Origin: an archaeon
GTDB taxonomy: Archaea > Nanobdellota > Nanobdellia > Woesearchaeales > GCA-2686295
NCBI GenBank assembly: GCA_043822105.1
Contig: JBDRCD010000009.1
Coordinates: 67,098 to 131,097, forward strand
Length of the DNA: 64,000 bases
Reading direction: 5' to 3'
Within the stretch, counting starts at the first letter, position 1. Each line of letters opens with the position of its first letter. The notes below the pieces were generated by a model. That model saw only the letters and a program-made list of their open reading frames with translations, had not been told where the DNA came from and did not search any database. Positions 1-8,636 of the stretch are shown here, in pieces. A program made the position numbers and the translations under genes.

Positions 1-222
1 TTAACTTTTCCTCAACCCTGCGACCCTCTAAGCACCATGATAATCATTTAGAGCTGCTTCATTCCTGATCTGACTCAGTTCATAAAAATCACAATCCTAG
101 AGGACAAGGCATCGACGGTCCAGTCAAGACCCTTGACTGCCATCAAGCCGCCCTTCAGGCTTCGACTCCACCAACAGCCGTTTGCGGTAACAGGTGAGGC
201 TGAGCCACCCAGTCTAGCAATG
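1..222 (-). ncRNA. ffs: Signal recognition particle (SRP/7S) RNA, 3' end runs off the window start
   Basis: Minus strand reads GCUAGACUGGGUGGCUCAGCCUCACCUGUUACCGCAAA (archaeal Alu-domain 5' end with UGUNR-like motif). It also contains helix 8 GAGUCAGAUCA-GGAA-UGAAGCAGCUC (51-76), the SRP54-binding motif. TATA-like TTTAAAAA at ~241-248. 5' end approximate. Confidence 0.9.
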
Positions 223-295
223 AAAGTGAAGAATAGAGGGTTTTTAAAGGTATTGCTCTAATTCGCTCTAAAAATAGAAAGTTTTATTAATTTCT

Positions 296-1135
296 ATGAA
301 ATATTATTTTTTTAGGGGGAACAAGTTGAAAAACTCAATTATATTTCTAGGTACAGGCGGAGACTCTATAGTTGTAGGTAAACAAATCAGAGCTTCAGGC
401 GGAATCATATTCCAGTTTGAAGGAAACCAGTTTCATCTTGACCCCGGTCCAGGAGCGGTTGTCAGGATGAAACAGTTTGACATTAATCCTAGAGAAACAA
501 CTGCGATTCTTGTATCTCATAATCATCTGAACCATGTGGGAGGACTTAATGAGACAATATCTGCAATGACCTACTCAGGAATTGACAGGAGAGGAGTCCT
601 TGCCTGTGATGAGGAAACTCTGCATGGTTCGAATATTGAATTACCTGGTGTTTCAAAGTATCACAAAGGAATGGTTGAAAGATTCATAGCCTTGAAATCA
701 GGCATGAGAATAGGTATAAACGAAGTTAATATTTTGGCAACAACTGCAAAACACACACCGACTTCTGTTGGCTTCAGGTTTTCAACTGATAAATTTGTTG
801 TTTCATACATATCAGATACAGAATACTGCAAGGAATTGGTTCAGGAACATAAAGGTGTTAATGTTATGATAATTAACTGCAAATATCCTCTAGGATTAAC
901 TCAGAAAGGACATCTTAATTCAGAAGATGTTGTCAAACTTCTGGAGCAAACAAAACCAAAACTTGCAATACTAACACATTTCGGTGTAAAGATGCTTGAT
1001 GCAGATCCACTCTATGAAGCAAGAGAAATTCAAAAGAAAACAAAATGTCAAGTTATTGCTGCAAAGGATGGACTTACTGTTAATCCTGTCTCATTCTCTT
1101 CTTCTGTCAAACAAAAAACACTCGGCTCATTCTAA
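296..1135 (+). CDS. Metallo-beta-lactamase-fold hydrolase (RNase Z/PhnP-like); true start probably TTG at ~326
   Basis: FLGTGG, DPGPG, SHNHLNH (HxHxDH-like), YISDT, GHL and LTHFG motifs; C-terminal QKTLGSF. Confidence 0.85.
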   Translation: MKYYFFRGNKLKNSIIFLGTGGDSIVVGKQIRASGGIIFQFEGNQFHLDPGPGAVVRMKQFDINPRETTAILVSHNHLNHVGGLNETISAMTYSGIDRRGVLACDEETLHGSNIELPGVSKYHKGMVERFIALKSGMRIGINEVNILATTAKHTPTSVGFRFSTDKFVVSYISDTEYCKELVQEHKGVNVMIINCKYPLGLTQKGHLNSEDVVKLLEQTKPKLAILTHFGVKMLDADPLYEAREIQKKTKCQVIAAKDGLTVNPVSFSSSVKQKTLGSF

Positions 1136-1180
1136 AGGAGTTAATAAAATTTATATATATTCTTTTAAAGAATAGATTTC

Positions 1181-1735
1181 ATGCTAGAGACAGTAATAGG
1201 TTATTTGCAGCACAATTCAAATAAAATAATATCCAGATTGATGGATCTTTTCATATTGCCTTTTGAAAACAAAGAAATGACCTGGGTGATTGTGCCTGTT
1301 GTTTTGACAATACTGATTATGCAGTTTTACTTTTTTAAAAATAGAAATGAAGAACTAGGATGGAATACTGCAATTGCAAATAGTTTGGTGCTGATGTTTA
1401 TCGCTGCAGATTTGTTTCGATTTTTGTACAATAAAAATCTTTTATCCCTTTCAAACCCTGGTTCCAATGATTTCTCTTTGACTGTGTTGGTCTCGATTGT
1501 CCTGGTGGAAGGGCTGCTCATGTTTTTCATGGATTTTAGCCATGTCTGGCCAAAGTTCATGGCCTTCCGTTTCTCATCACACCTGACAATAAATCTTATG
1601 GCCTATACAGCAATAGTTTTAGTTTATGGAGATATTCCTATTAATATGTTTACCATAATAGCAGCCATAATTTTTTTCATACTGGTTAACATGTTTTTTT
1701 TCATACCAAGAATTCTGTTTCATTCAAAGTATTAA
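1181..1735 (+). CDS. Hypothetical multi-pass membrane protein
   Basis: 184 aa with about 5 hydrophobic segments and an upstream TATA box. Confidence 0.7.
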   Translation: MLETVIGYLQHNSNKIISRLMDLFILPFENKEMTWVIVPVVLTILIMQFYFFKNRNEELGWNTAIANSLVLMFIAADLFRFLYNKNLLSLSNPGSNDFSLTVLVSIVLVEGLLMFFMDFSHVWPKFMAFRFSSHLTINLMAYTAIVLVYGDIPINMFTIIAAIIFFILVNMFFFIPRILFHSKY

Positions 1736-2632
1736 AACTATCAAATAACCCACAACGCAACCAAGTGAAACCACTGGCATTGCAGGATAGAATCTATCTT
1801 TCTTTGCAAATATGAAAAGTCCGAGTATTGCAAATGTCACAGCTACAGAGATGATTGTTGTCTGAAAAAAAGCAGTGCTCAGGGTCGCTCCCTGTCGTAT
1901 AAGTGTTTCCATGACAACGCCTGCAAATATGAGCGGAAATGCCACATCTCCTCCTCCAAGAATAGCATTCTTAGTTTCATTCCTCTTTGGTTGGAGAGAT
2001 GGTTTTACCGGAATTGTAAGCTCAATGCCTTTGTGTTCTTTGTAGGGTATCATTATTCCTGCAAAAAGCTTGCTTTCTGCTTGAAACTTAGCCATTTTCA
2101 CCATGTGTTTGCTTTTCCAGACAGCATACATGTCGTAGAGTGAAATTGCAAGAAGAATCATAAAGACCCAGAACAGATCAAATATTGGCACTATTAGAAC
2201 CGCAAGACCAGAGTACATGAGTATTTCTGTAAAGTTGTGTATGAACAGATTGTTTTTGTATATCTTCAGAATTGCAAGGATGAATGCAAAGAAGAAGGCC
2301 AATGAACTATCCATCAGGACTCCCAGTGAAATGCTTATTGCAAAAAATATTGCCATAAAAAACCACGCTTTCCAAAGTTTCATCTTTTTGTATTTCATAA
2401 TTATTAAAATCAGAATTGTTCCAATCAAAACTGCAAATCCCAGATAAAGAAAGGACTCTCCACCCTTGGTTTCAGGTCTTGGTCCAACTGATGTGTCCTG
2501 ATGATGTACAACTATTTCTCCGTTTACTTCTTCTGTGCTGCTTATGTCCTTGCTTATCAGAAATAAACCAACTATTTGTGTGAGGAAAAATATGCTAATA
2601 ATAATCATCAGAACGTTTAAATCATGCTTCAT
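1724..2632 (-). CDS. Presenilin/signal peptide peptidase family intramembrane aspartyl protease
   Basis: Multi-TM protein with catalytic YD (LYDMY), GxGD (LGGGD) and PAL-like PAMP motif. Confidence 0.9.
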   Translation of the reverse strand: MKHDLNVLMIIISIFFLTQIVGLFLISKDISSTEEVNGEIVVHHQDTSVGPRPETKGGESFLYLGFAVLIGTILILIIMKYKKMKLWKAWFFMAIFFAISISLGVLMDSSLAFFFAFILAILKIYKNNLFIHNFTEILMYSGLAVLIVPIFDLFWVFMILLAISLYDMYAVWKSKHMVKMAKFQAESKLFAGIMIPYKEHKGIELTIPVKPSLQPKRNETKNAILGGGDVAFPLIFAGVVMETLIRQGATLSTAFFQTTIISVAVTFAILGLFIFAKKDRFYPAMPVVSLGCVVGYLIVLIL

Positions 2633-2717
2633 AGAAAAGAAATTATTCTATTTATTATTAATAACTTTTGATTACAAAAAATGTTTTTTTGGACCAAAAA
2701 CTAATTTTAAGTAATGC

Positions 2718-3206
2718 TTAACTCCCTGGAGGATAGTTTTTGATTAGAAAGTATTCTTCCACAAATTTCTTTGCAATATTCTCATCGTGAATTATAACAA
2801 CATTTTCATTATTGTTATCTTTGCCGTTTGCCGTTGGATTGTAGCTTCCAGTAATAACTGTTTTTTGATCTATTATGAATATCTTATTGTGCATTGTTGC
2901 TTTGTTGTTGTCAGGCATAACATCCACACCCGAATCATTTAGAATCCTGAAAACATTGAATTTAGATGTTATTCTTTGGCGTTCAATGATTCCTTCAACA
3001 ATTATTTTCTTGTTTTTCTCTATGAGCATTGCAGCTATTTCCTCGTCTGTGAAAGAGTAAATCATGAAGTGAATGCTTTCCTTTGCTTTGACAAGCTCTT
3101 CAAGCACTTCTCTTTGGCAATCATCGTGCGGACAGAAGTATATCTCTAAATCTTGTTTGGGCACACAAGATGTTAACAGCAGAAGCAATAACAATAATTT
3201 TTTCAT
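2718..3206 (-). CDS. Phospholipase D-family (single HKD, Nuc-like) lipoprotein
   Basis: HNKIFIID (HxKxxxxD) plus TGSYN; signal peptide MKKLLLLLLLLTSC with a lipobox-like Cys; start moved to Met14 of the track ORF. Confidence 0.85.
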   Translation of the reverse strand: MKKLLLLLLLLTSCVPKQDLEIYFCPHDDCQREVLEELVKAKESIHFMIYSFTDEEIAAMLIEKNKKIIVEGIIERQRITSKFNVFRILNDSGVDVMPDNNKATMHNKIFIIDQKTVITGSYNPTANGKDNNNENVVIIHDENIAKKFVEEYFLIKNYPPGS

Positions 3207-3260
3207 ATTTATTTTTTTTAGAGTAAATTTATATGTTCTTCCCAATATTTTCCGAAATAT

Positions 3261-3773
3261 TTACGGAAAGATTTTTTCAAAACTCTTTGCCATTGCAAAT
3301 TTTGTTCCTGGCTGAGTTTTTTCTATTGATTCAATGAATCCGTTCTTTTCTTCTTTGTTTACAATTTTTATTCTGTGAAGTTTACAGAAGATTATTATTT
3401 CTTCTTCCAGAACATTGTTCAGAATTTTGATATTTTCTTTTTTTGTTTTCTTATTTTTTAAATATTTTTCAAGTTTTTTTTTTATTTCTCTGTCAAGATT
3501 GGTTGGCACAATGGTTTTTTTACTGCTTTTTTTAACTTCCATTATTTTTAGGCGTTTTCCAAATATGTTTTCTAGCAATAGTTTTGTCATGAAGAACTCT
3601 TTTGATTTGTCATTCAGTATTTCAATAATGTTTCCTTTTACTTTTTTATTGATTCGAATATCTCTTCTGACTCTTTTTTCAATCATTGTAAGAAAACCCT
3701 GTTCAGAGTAGTTTATAGTAGTATAAGTAAGCTGAATTTTCTCTTTTTTGTTGGATTTGTTTTTTGTTACCAT
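3261..3773 (-). CDS. Hypothetical protein resembling a degenerate TtuA/NcsA (TtcA-family) tRNA thiolase
   Basis: Segments IEKRVRRDIR, NLDRE, EEEIIIFC and FIESIEKTQPGTKF recall the TtuA/NcsA scaffold; no PP-loop or CxxC motifs. Confidence 0.5.
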   Translation of the reverse strand: MVTKNKSNKKEKIQLTYTTINYSEQGFLTMIEKRVRRDIRINKKVKGNIIEILNDKSKEFFMTKLLLENIFGKRLKIMEVKKSSKKTIVPTNLDREIKKKLEKYLKNKKTKKENIKILNNVLEEEIIIFCKLHRIKIVNKEEKNGFIESIEKTQPGTKFAMAKSFEKIFP

Positions 3774-3898
3774 TTTGGAATGGATATAAATCGAAAGGTT
3801 TAAATAATATCCTTAACTACTATATAAACATAGTCAAAGCAGGTGATATTAAAGGGGGATGATGCGTTCTAAAATTCATATTATACTCACCTCTTTTT

Positions 3899-3940
3899 CC
3901 CGGGAAGATTCCGATTTTCTTGGAATCTTCCAGGGTTTTA
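3899..3940 (+). terminator. GC-rich hairpin followed by a T-run (possible terminator, could act on both strands)
   Basis: Perfect 10-bp inverted repeat GGAAGATTCC (3903-3912)/GGAATCTTCC (3922-3931), extended by CCC/GGG and followed by TTTT. Confidence 0.55.
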
Positions 3941-3943
3941 TCA

Positions 3944-5608
3944 TTATTTTTTTCTTCTCAAGCAAATCAGCATAATTAATGCGGCTCCCGCTATGAGTCC
4001 AAAACTAAAAAGTTGAATGTGAAGAGGTTCAATATGAATGCTGGCTTGATTTTCTTTTGGAAAATACATGTCTAATTTGCTAAATTCCAACGCATACTCT
4101 GCAAAAGTCATACTTGAAATAGGATCATATTCTATCAGAGATTTTGAATATTCAAAATAACTATAGCCCAGTATTGGAAACATACCTTTTGCATTCTGTT
4201 CGACTATAACTCTCTTTATTGCTTCGAACTTCTCCTGTAACACCATTTCCATTTCATCTTCGTGAATCGTCAAAGCAGTGAGTATTATATCGGCTTTTGC
4301 TTTTGCTTTGCTAGCTTTGAAAATGCACAGTGCATACTCACCCTGATTGTATTCTTTTAAAGCAAGACTGATTTCTTCTTCTGCACCTTCCAGAAGTGTA
4401 GGTAAATAAAGTTTGGCATAACTAATTCTTTCTTCGGCTTCAGCTGTTTTTTTAAGACATACATTCATCAGATGTGATTCATCTAGTTGTATTTTTATTC
4501 CATCCAGTTCAAAAAACTTAGCCCATGAAACTGCGCTGAAAAGTCTTTCTTTGGCATAGGCCAGTGTTTCATATGAAATATTTTTTTCATCAATTTCATC
4601 AAGATAGGCTTTTGATTCGGACAGTCTTTCTTTTACAACCATGTATGTTTCCAAGTCAGACAGCGTTTGTAAAACAGTGTTGTTTATGGTTGCATCCATT
4701 ATTTTCCATTGGTACAATGTTTCTTCGAGTATCAGTTGCAGTTCTTCAGAAGTTTTATTCGAAAATTCTATTTCACGCAGTCTGAGATTTGCAGAAAAAC
4801 AATAGCTTGCTCTGGAATATGAATCTTCTTTCATTGCTGCTTCAATGGATCTGTTAAGATGATCTTCTGCAGATATATAAAGAGATTCATCTGTTTTTTC
4901 AACGTTTATTATTATATCTTCACTTCTCTGACAAAGCAAATCTGCAACTTCTTTCATTTTTTTATTATAATCTTCAGATACTAGCAATTCATAATCCTTC
5001 TTTGAAAAATCTTTACCTGTGAAATAATACAGTGCTTCTTCAAGATTTTTAACCTTTACAATGGTGATCTTTTCATCCAGACCTTTCTCTTCAATTTTTG
5101 AAATATTAACAGTTGACTGCCATTTCGGAAGCAGTATTTTTGTAAAACCTTCATCAATGGCAGCATTAACTTTTAAGTCAATTCCTGCAACAGGACCTAT
5201 TAGCCCTCCGGAATTTATGGTTCCGGTCATTATTGTTTCCTCATCCATTTCCAAATCATCAAGAACACTGACAGTAAGAACGGCCATTGCGGCACCAGCA
5301 CTTGGACCTCCAACAATTGTTGCTCCTGCTCTTATGGTGTAGAAGAAATCATATCTGTTGCAATTCTCGTCAAGAAAATCACATGCAATTTCATTTGCAA
5401 ATCTCGTTGAAATCTGCGTATCTAGTTTTGTCAGTGGAAATGAATCTATGAATATTCTGCCTGTTCCTGGTTTAACTTCAAGGAGTAAGTCTGCAACTCC
5501 GCCAGTTTCGTTTACTCCGCCGACAGTCAAAAGTTTCATGTGGCCTGTCTTTGCACTTGCAAAAGGAATCAGCAGAATAAATAGGAATATTATTTTCAAA
5601 AGTCTCAT
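3944..5608 (-). CDS. Secreted, C-terminally anchored Lon-like (S16) serine protease without ATPase domain
   Basis: Signal peptide, GGPSAG catalytic Ser, TGTINSGGLIGPVAGIDLK with dyad Lys, helical region, C-terminal TM plus basic tail. Confidence 0.85.
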   Translation of the reverse strand: MRLLKIIFLFILLIPFASAKTGHMKLLTVGGVNETGGVADLLLEVKPGTGRIFIDSFPLTKLDTQISTRFANEIACDFLDENCNRYDFFYTIRAGATIVGGPSAGAAMAVLTVSVLDDLEMDEETIMTGTINSGGLIGPVAGIDLKVNAAIDEGFTKILLPKWQSTVNISKIEEKGLDEKITIVKVKNLEEALYYFTGKDFSKKDYELLVSEDYNKKMKEVADLLCQRSEDIIINVEKTDESLYISAEDHLNRSIEAAMKEDSYSRASYCFSANLRLREIEFSNKTSEELQLILEETLYQWKIMDATINNTVLQTLSDLETYMVVKERLSESKAYLDEIDEKNISYETLAYAKERLFSAVSWAKFFELDGIKIQLDESHLMNVCLKKTAEAEERISYAKLYLPTLLEGAEEEISLALKEYNQGEYALCIFKASKAKAKADIILTALTIHEDEMEMVLQEKFEAIKRVIVEQNAKGMFPILGYSYFEYSKSLIEYDPISSMTFAEYALEFSKLDMYFPKENQASIHIEPLHIQLFSFGLIAGAALIMLICLRRKK

Positions 5609-6183
5609 TTTTTCTTGTACCTGCCTCTTTCTTCCACAATCTTGAATCGATTCATTATGTTTTTGTAGTTTTTTGCTTTGGAATAGCCTTTCAGAAATTC
5701 TTTGAAAGCTTTTTCTGCGACTCTATAGTGTTTGCTTTCCAATGCCTGCTTGAAGAGATGTATGTCGACTGCCTTGTCTTCCAGTTTTTCTGAAAAAAAC
5801 GACAGACCAAAGTCTATAAAGTATATTTCTTCTTTGAGAATCATGTTTGAGGTGGTTAAATCTCCGTGGATTATGCCTGCGTTGTGCATTGCAGCAACTT
5901 TTTTCCCTATTTCCTTTGCGAGCTCTGGTCGTTTATCGAGCAGGTCTCTTATTTTCTGTCCTTCTATGAATTCCATCTCTATGTTTTCTTTTCTGTCCGT
6001 ACTAACAATTTTCGGAGCTTTGACAGGGATTTTCTCCAGAATTTTAGATTCCACTCTTGTTCTCGTCTTTCTTAGTGCTTCATCTATTTCTTTTATTCGA
6101 TAGTTTTTCTTCAGGCGCTTCTTTATAACCTTGTTTTTATCAAGATATATTATTGCTTCAGCACCTGCACCTATTTGTTTCAT
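5605..6183 (-). CDS. bud32: KEOPS complex kinase Bud32
   Basis: GAEA, HGDLTTSN, IDFGL, EDKAVD and C-terminal RGRY. Confidence 0.95.
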   Translation of the reverse strand: MKQIGAGAEAIIYLDKNKVIKKRLKKNYRIKEIDEALRKTRTRVESKILEKIPVKAPKIVSTDRKENIEMEFIEGQKIRDLLDKRPELAKEIGKKVAAMHNAGIIHGDLTTSNMILKEEIYFIDFGLSFFSEKLEDKAVDIHLFKQALESKHYRVAEKAFKEFLKGYSKAKNYKNIMNRFKIVEERGRYKKK

Positions 6184-6221
6184 ATCTACATATAGAAAAA
6201 TTATAAATTTAAAAGGTTTTG

Positions 6222-6359
6222 CTAATATTCGCAGAATATTTCATCCATATCCTCATTAGAAAGGCTTTTCCGGTTAAGATCCTGGATGTCTTTTTTGTGA
6301 TTGGCGCTTTTGATTCGCCTTATTTCTTGCTCTTCTTCCATCAATAGTACTTCTTCCAT
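6222..6359 (-). CDS. Small acidic hypothetical protein (45 aa), not in the ORF track
   Basis: MEEVLLMEEEQEIRRIKSANHKKDIQDLNRKSLSNEDMDEIFCEY*; ATG 1 nt after the upstream stop, preceded by GAGGA. Confidence 0.5.
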   Translation of the reverse strand: MEEVLLMEEEQEIRRIKSANHKKDIQDLNRKSLSNEDMDEIFCEY

Positions 6360-6360
6360 T

Positions 6361-6453
6361 TTAGTCGTAATCCTCTTTTATGCTTTCACTTTCGGCCCTC
6401 TCCCTGGCCTCTTCTGAAACACTTTGATTTTCCACCAATGAATCGAGTTCCAT
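6361..6453 (-). CDS. Small acidic hypothetical protein (30 aa), not in the ORF track
   Basis: MELDSLVENQSVSEEARERAESESIKEDYD*; SD GAGGT upstream; BRE/TATA (CGAAAGA-TTTAAATA) at ~6493-6507. Confidence 0.5.
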   Translation of the reverse strand: MELDSLVENQSVSEEARERAESESIKEDYD

Positions 6454-6530
6454 TTGTTTACCTCTTTATAGTGGTTAAAGTGTCAGAACTAGTATTTAAA
6501 TCTTTCGTTTTTTTAACTATTTTTGAGTAG

Positions 6531-6851
6531 TTACAACTTCTTTTTTATGGTGAAACGAGAAAATTTTTTACAGGACAAACAAGTATAAACAACTTTTCCA
6601 CTCTGCGTTCTGACGCGAGCATTCACGCCAGGTCTAAGATATTTATAGCAGTGTTTGCAAAACTTTCTTCTATATTCAGATTTAAACTTAATCTTGAATT
6701 TCATGGCCAATTTTCTAGCCAGATCAATATATCTGTCAGATAGCTTTGAATCCTCACTGAAAACCTCATCAGCCTGTGAAAAAAGTTGATCAATGCGACT
6801 TTTTGCTATCTGCACGTGCTCATCTGCTTTTTTTGAATAACCCCTGACCAT
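6531..6851 (-). CDS. rnp4: Ribonuclease P protein component 4 (Rpp21)
   Basis: IAKSRIDQLF..A, RYIDLARK, RKFCKHC, PG.NARVR and TCLSC zinc ribbon. Confidence 0.93.
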   Translation of the reverse strand: MVRGYSKKADEHVQIAKSRIDQLFSQADEVFSEDSKLSDRYIDLARKLAMKFKIKFKSEYRRKFCKHCYKYLRPGVNARVRTQSGKVVYTCLSCKKFSRFTIKKKL

Positions 6852-6929
6852 GAAGATATAGAAGCAACAGGATTATAAAAAGTTAATCCAAAGAAAAGCA
6901 TTATAAATGAAAACCTGTTCTTTTAGTTT

Positions 6930-8156
6930 ATGGGAATATTTGATTTTCTTAAGAAAAAGAAACCGGCAGAGGAAAAAGTAAAATTCAGCAATGTGAATGA
7001 ATGGATACAGAGTTATCTGGAAAATCATGATCTAAACAAAAGAATAAACTCCTTTAAAGGACAAATTAAAGAAAAAATAAACGAAACAAAAGCACTGTTG
7101 AAAAAACTTGAAGAAGCAGGTCTGCAAAATGAAAACATTCCAGAAAGAGCTAAACACATAATGCAGGGCAACAGAAAGAACTATATCAGAAAAACAAATG
7201 ATTTTCTAGAAGAAATAAACATTCCCGATGATTATCTAAAAATAATGGATTTTTCTTCAGCGCTGACAGAAAAAATCGATGCTTTGAGCAAAGAAACACA
7301 GAGGAGTTATTTTGTTCTAAAAGAATTCATGGAGGCCAGTCTTTCACCTGTGGTAAGAAAAATAAAAGAAATAGAAGATATTACCATAGATTTCAAACAT
7401 GAGATAGAAAAAGAGAACATTCACAAACTTGAGGAGATAAAGAAAAAACTCAATGAATTCAAAACATCTGAAGCAACCGTTGCAGCCCTGAAAGAAGATC
7501 TCGGAAAGAAAGAATCTCAATTAAAAGAACTCGAAAGCAAAGCTGATTTAATAAATCAAAAGCTCAATGTCCTACAGAATGGTGAAGGCTTCAAGCAATA
7601 TCAAACTCTAAAAAAAGATAGTGAAACAATTTCTTCAGATATACAAAAACAGAAAAAAGACATAATAGATCATTTTTCAACTTTGGAAAAGGCTCTTAAG
7701 AAATACCAAAGAATAACTCTCAACCCAAAACTTCTAGATAAATATCTTGAAAATCCTGCAAAAGCACTGATGGAAGATAAAGATTTGGAAATCACAGAGC
7801 TTCTTGAAAAAATGTTAAAATCTTTGAAGGAACTGGATTTGAAAGACAAGAAAGAAGAGAAGACAAAAGAAGAAATAAAAGCGTTAAACAAAGAGTTTCT
7901 CGAAAGTTTAAGAGATAAGTTGAAACTCTATATTGATGATGAGAAGAAAATTAAACAGAAACTTCTCTCCAACATATCTGTGATGAGCATTTCTGAACAG
8001 GAATCATTGTTTGACAATATGCAAAGAAACATTGATGAGAAAAAAGAGGAGATGGAAGACATCAACAACAAATTGGACAGAACAAGTCCTAATTTAATAA
8101 AACAGCAGGTCAAAGAATTACTAAAAGAATTCAACGTAATTATGGAAAATGGATGA
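6930..8156 (+). CDS. Long coiled-coil hypothetical protein
   Basis: 408 aa, K/E/L-rich heptad pattern; N-terminal amphipathic MGIFDFLKKKK. Confidence 0.75.
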   Translation: MGIFDFLKKKKPAEEKVKFSNVNEWIQSYLENHDLNKRINSFKGQIKEKINETKALLKKLEEAGLQNENIPERAKHIMQGNRKNYIRKTNDFLEEINIPDDYLKIMDFSSALTEKIDALSKETQRSYFVLKEFMEASLSPVVRKIKEIEDITIDFKHEIEKENIHKLEEIKKKLNEFKTSEATVAALKEDLGKKESQLKELESKADLINQKLNVLQNGEGFKQYQTLKKDSETISSDIQKQKKDIIDHFSTLEKALKKYQRITLNPKLLDKYLENPAKALMEDKDLEITELLEKMLKSLKELDLKDKKEEKTKEEIKALNKEFLESLRDKLKLYIDDEKKIKQKLLSNISVMSISEQESLFDNMQRNIDEKKEEMEDINNKLDRTSPNLIKQQVKELLKEFNVIMENG

Positions 8157-8210
8157 TTACAAAAATAGGAGATTTTTCGGATTTCCCAAAATTTCAAGAG
8201 GGGTGAAATT

Positions 8211-8636
8211 TTGATAGAAATAAACAAATTTATATCACAGTTCACAGATAAACAGATTCCAAATATAGAAAAAATTGGCAAAAAGTATTTTCTTGTTAGT
8301 GCTGACCAAAAAAAACTAAGTAAGGACATCGGAAGAAAACCTTTTTCTGCAGGCATATTTCTTGGAGAACAAAAAAGAAACTTTCAAGCAAGTCCTGCCC
8401 TTGTTGATATGATTGCCAAATTGTCCGACAGAAAAGCTTTCATTAACAAAGAAGCAGAGTGGCTTTTCTTGTGTGGTCGGGATGTGTTTGAAAAAAATAT
8501 CGTGAAGAAAAATGTTGAGAACGGAATTGTACTTGTTCAAAATGAGGAAGATGAAAATCTTGGCTTTGGAAAATTATCAAGCAGCGGTGTAAAAAATATT
8601 CTTGACAAAGGAGAATATTTGAGAACAAAAAACTAA
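8211..8636 (+). CDS. NIP7-like PUA-domain ribosome biogenesis protein
   Basis: AEWLFLCGRDVF, VLVQNE..ENLGFG and DKGEYLR motifs; GGGGTGA SD before a TTG start. Confidence 0.75.
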   Translation: MIEINKFISQFTDKQIPNIEKIGKKYFLVSADQKKLSKDIGRKPFSAGIFLGEQKRNFQASPALVDMIAKLSDRKAFINKEAEWLFLCGRDVFEKNIVKKNVENGIVLVQNEEDENLGFGKLSSSGVKNILDKGEYLRTKN

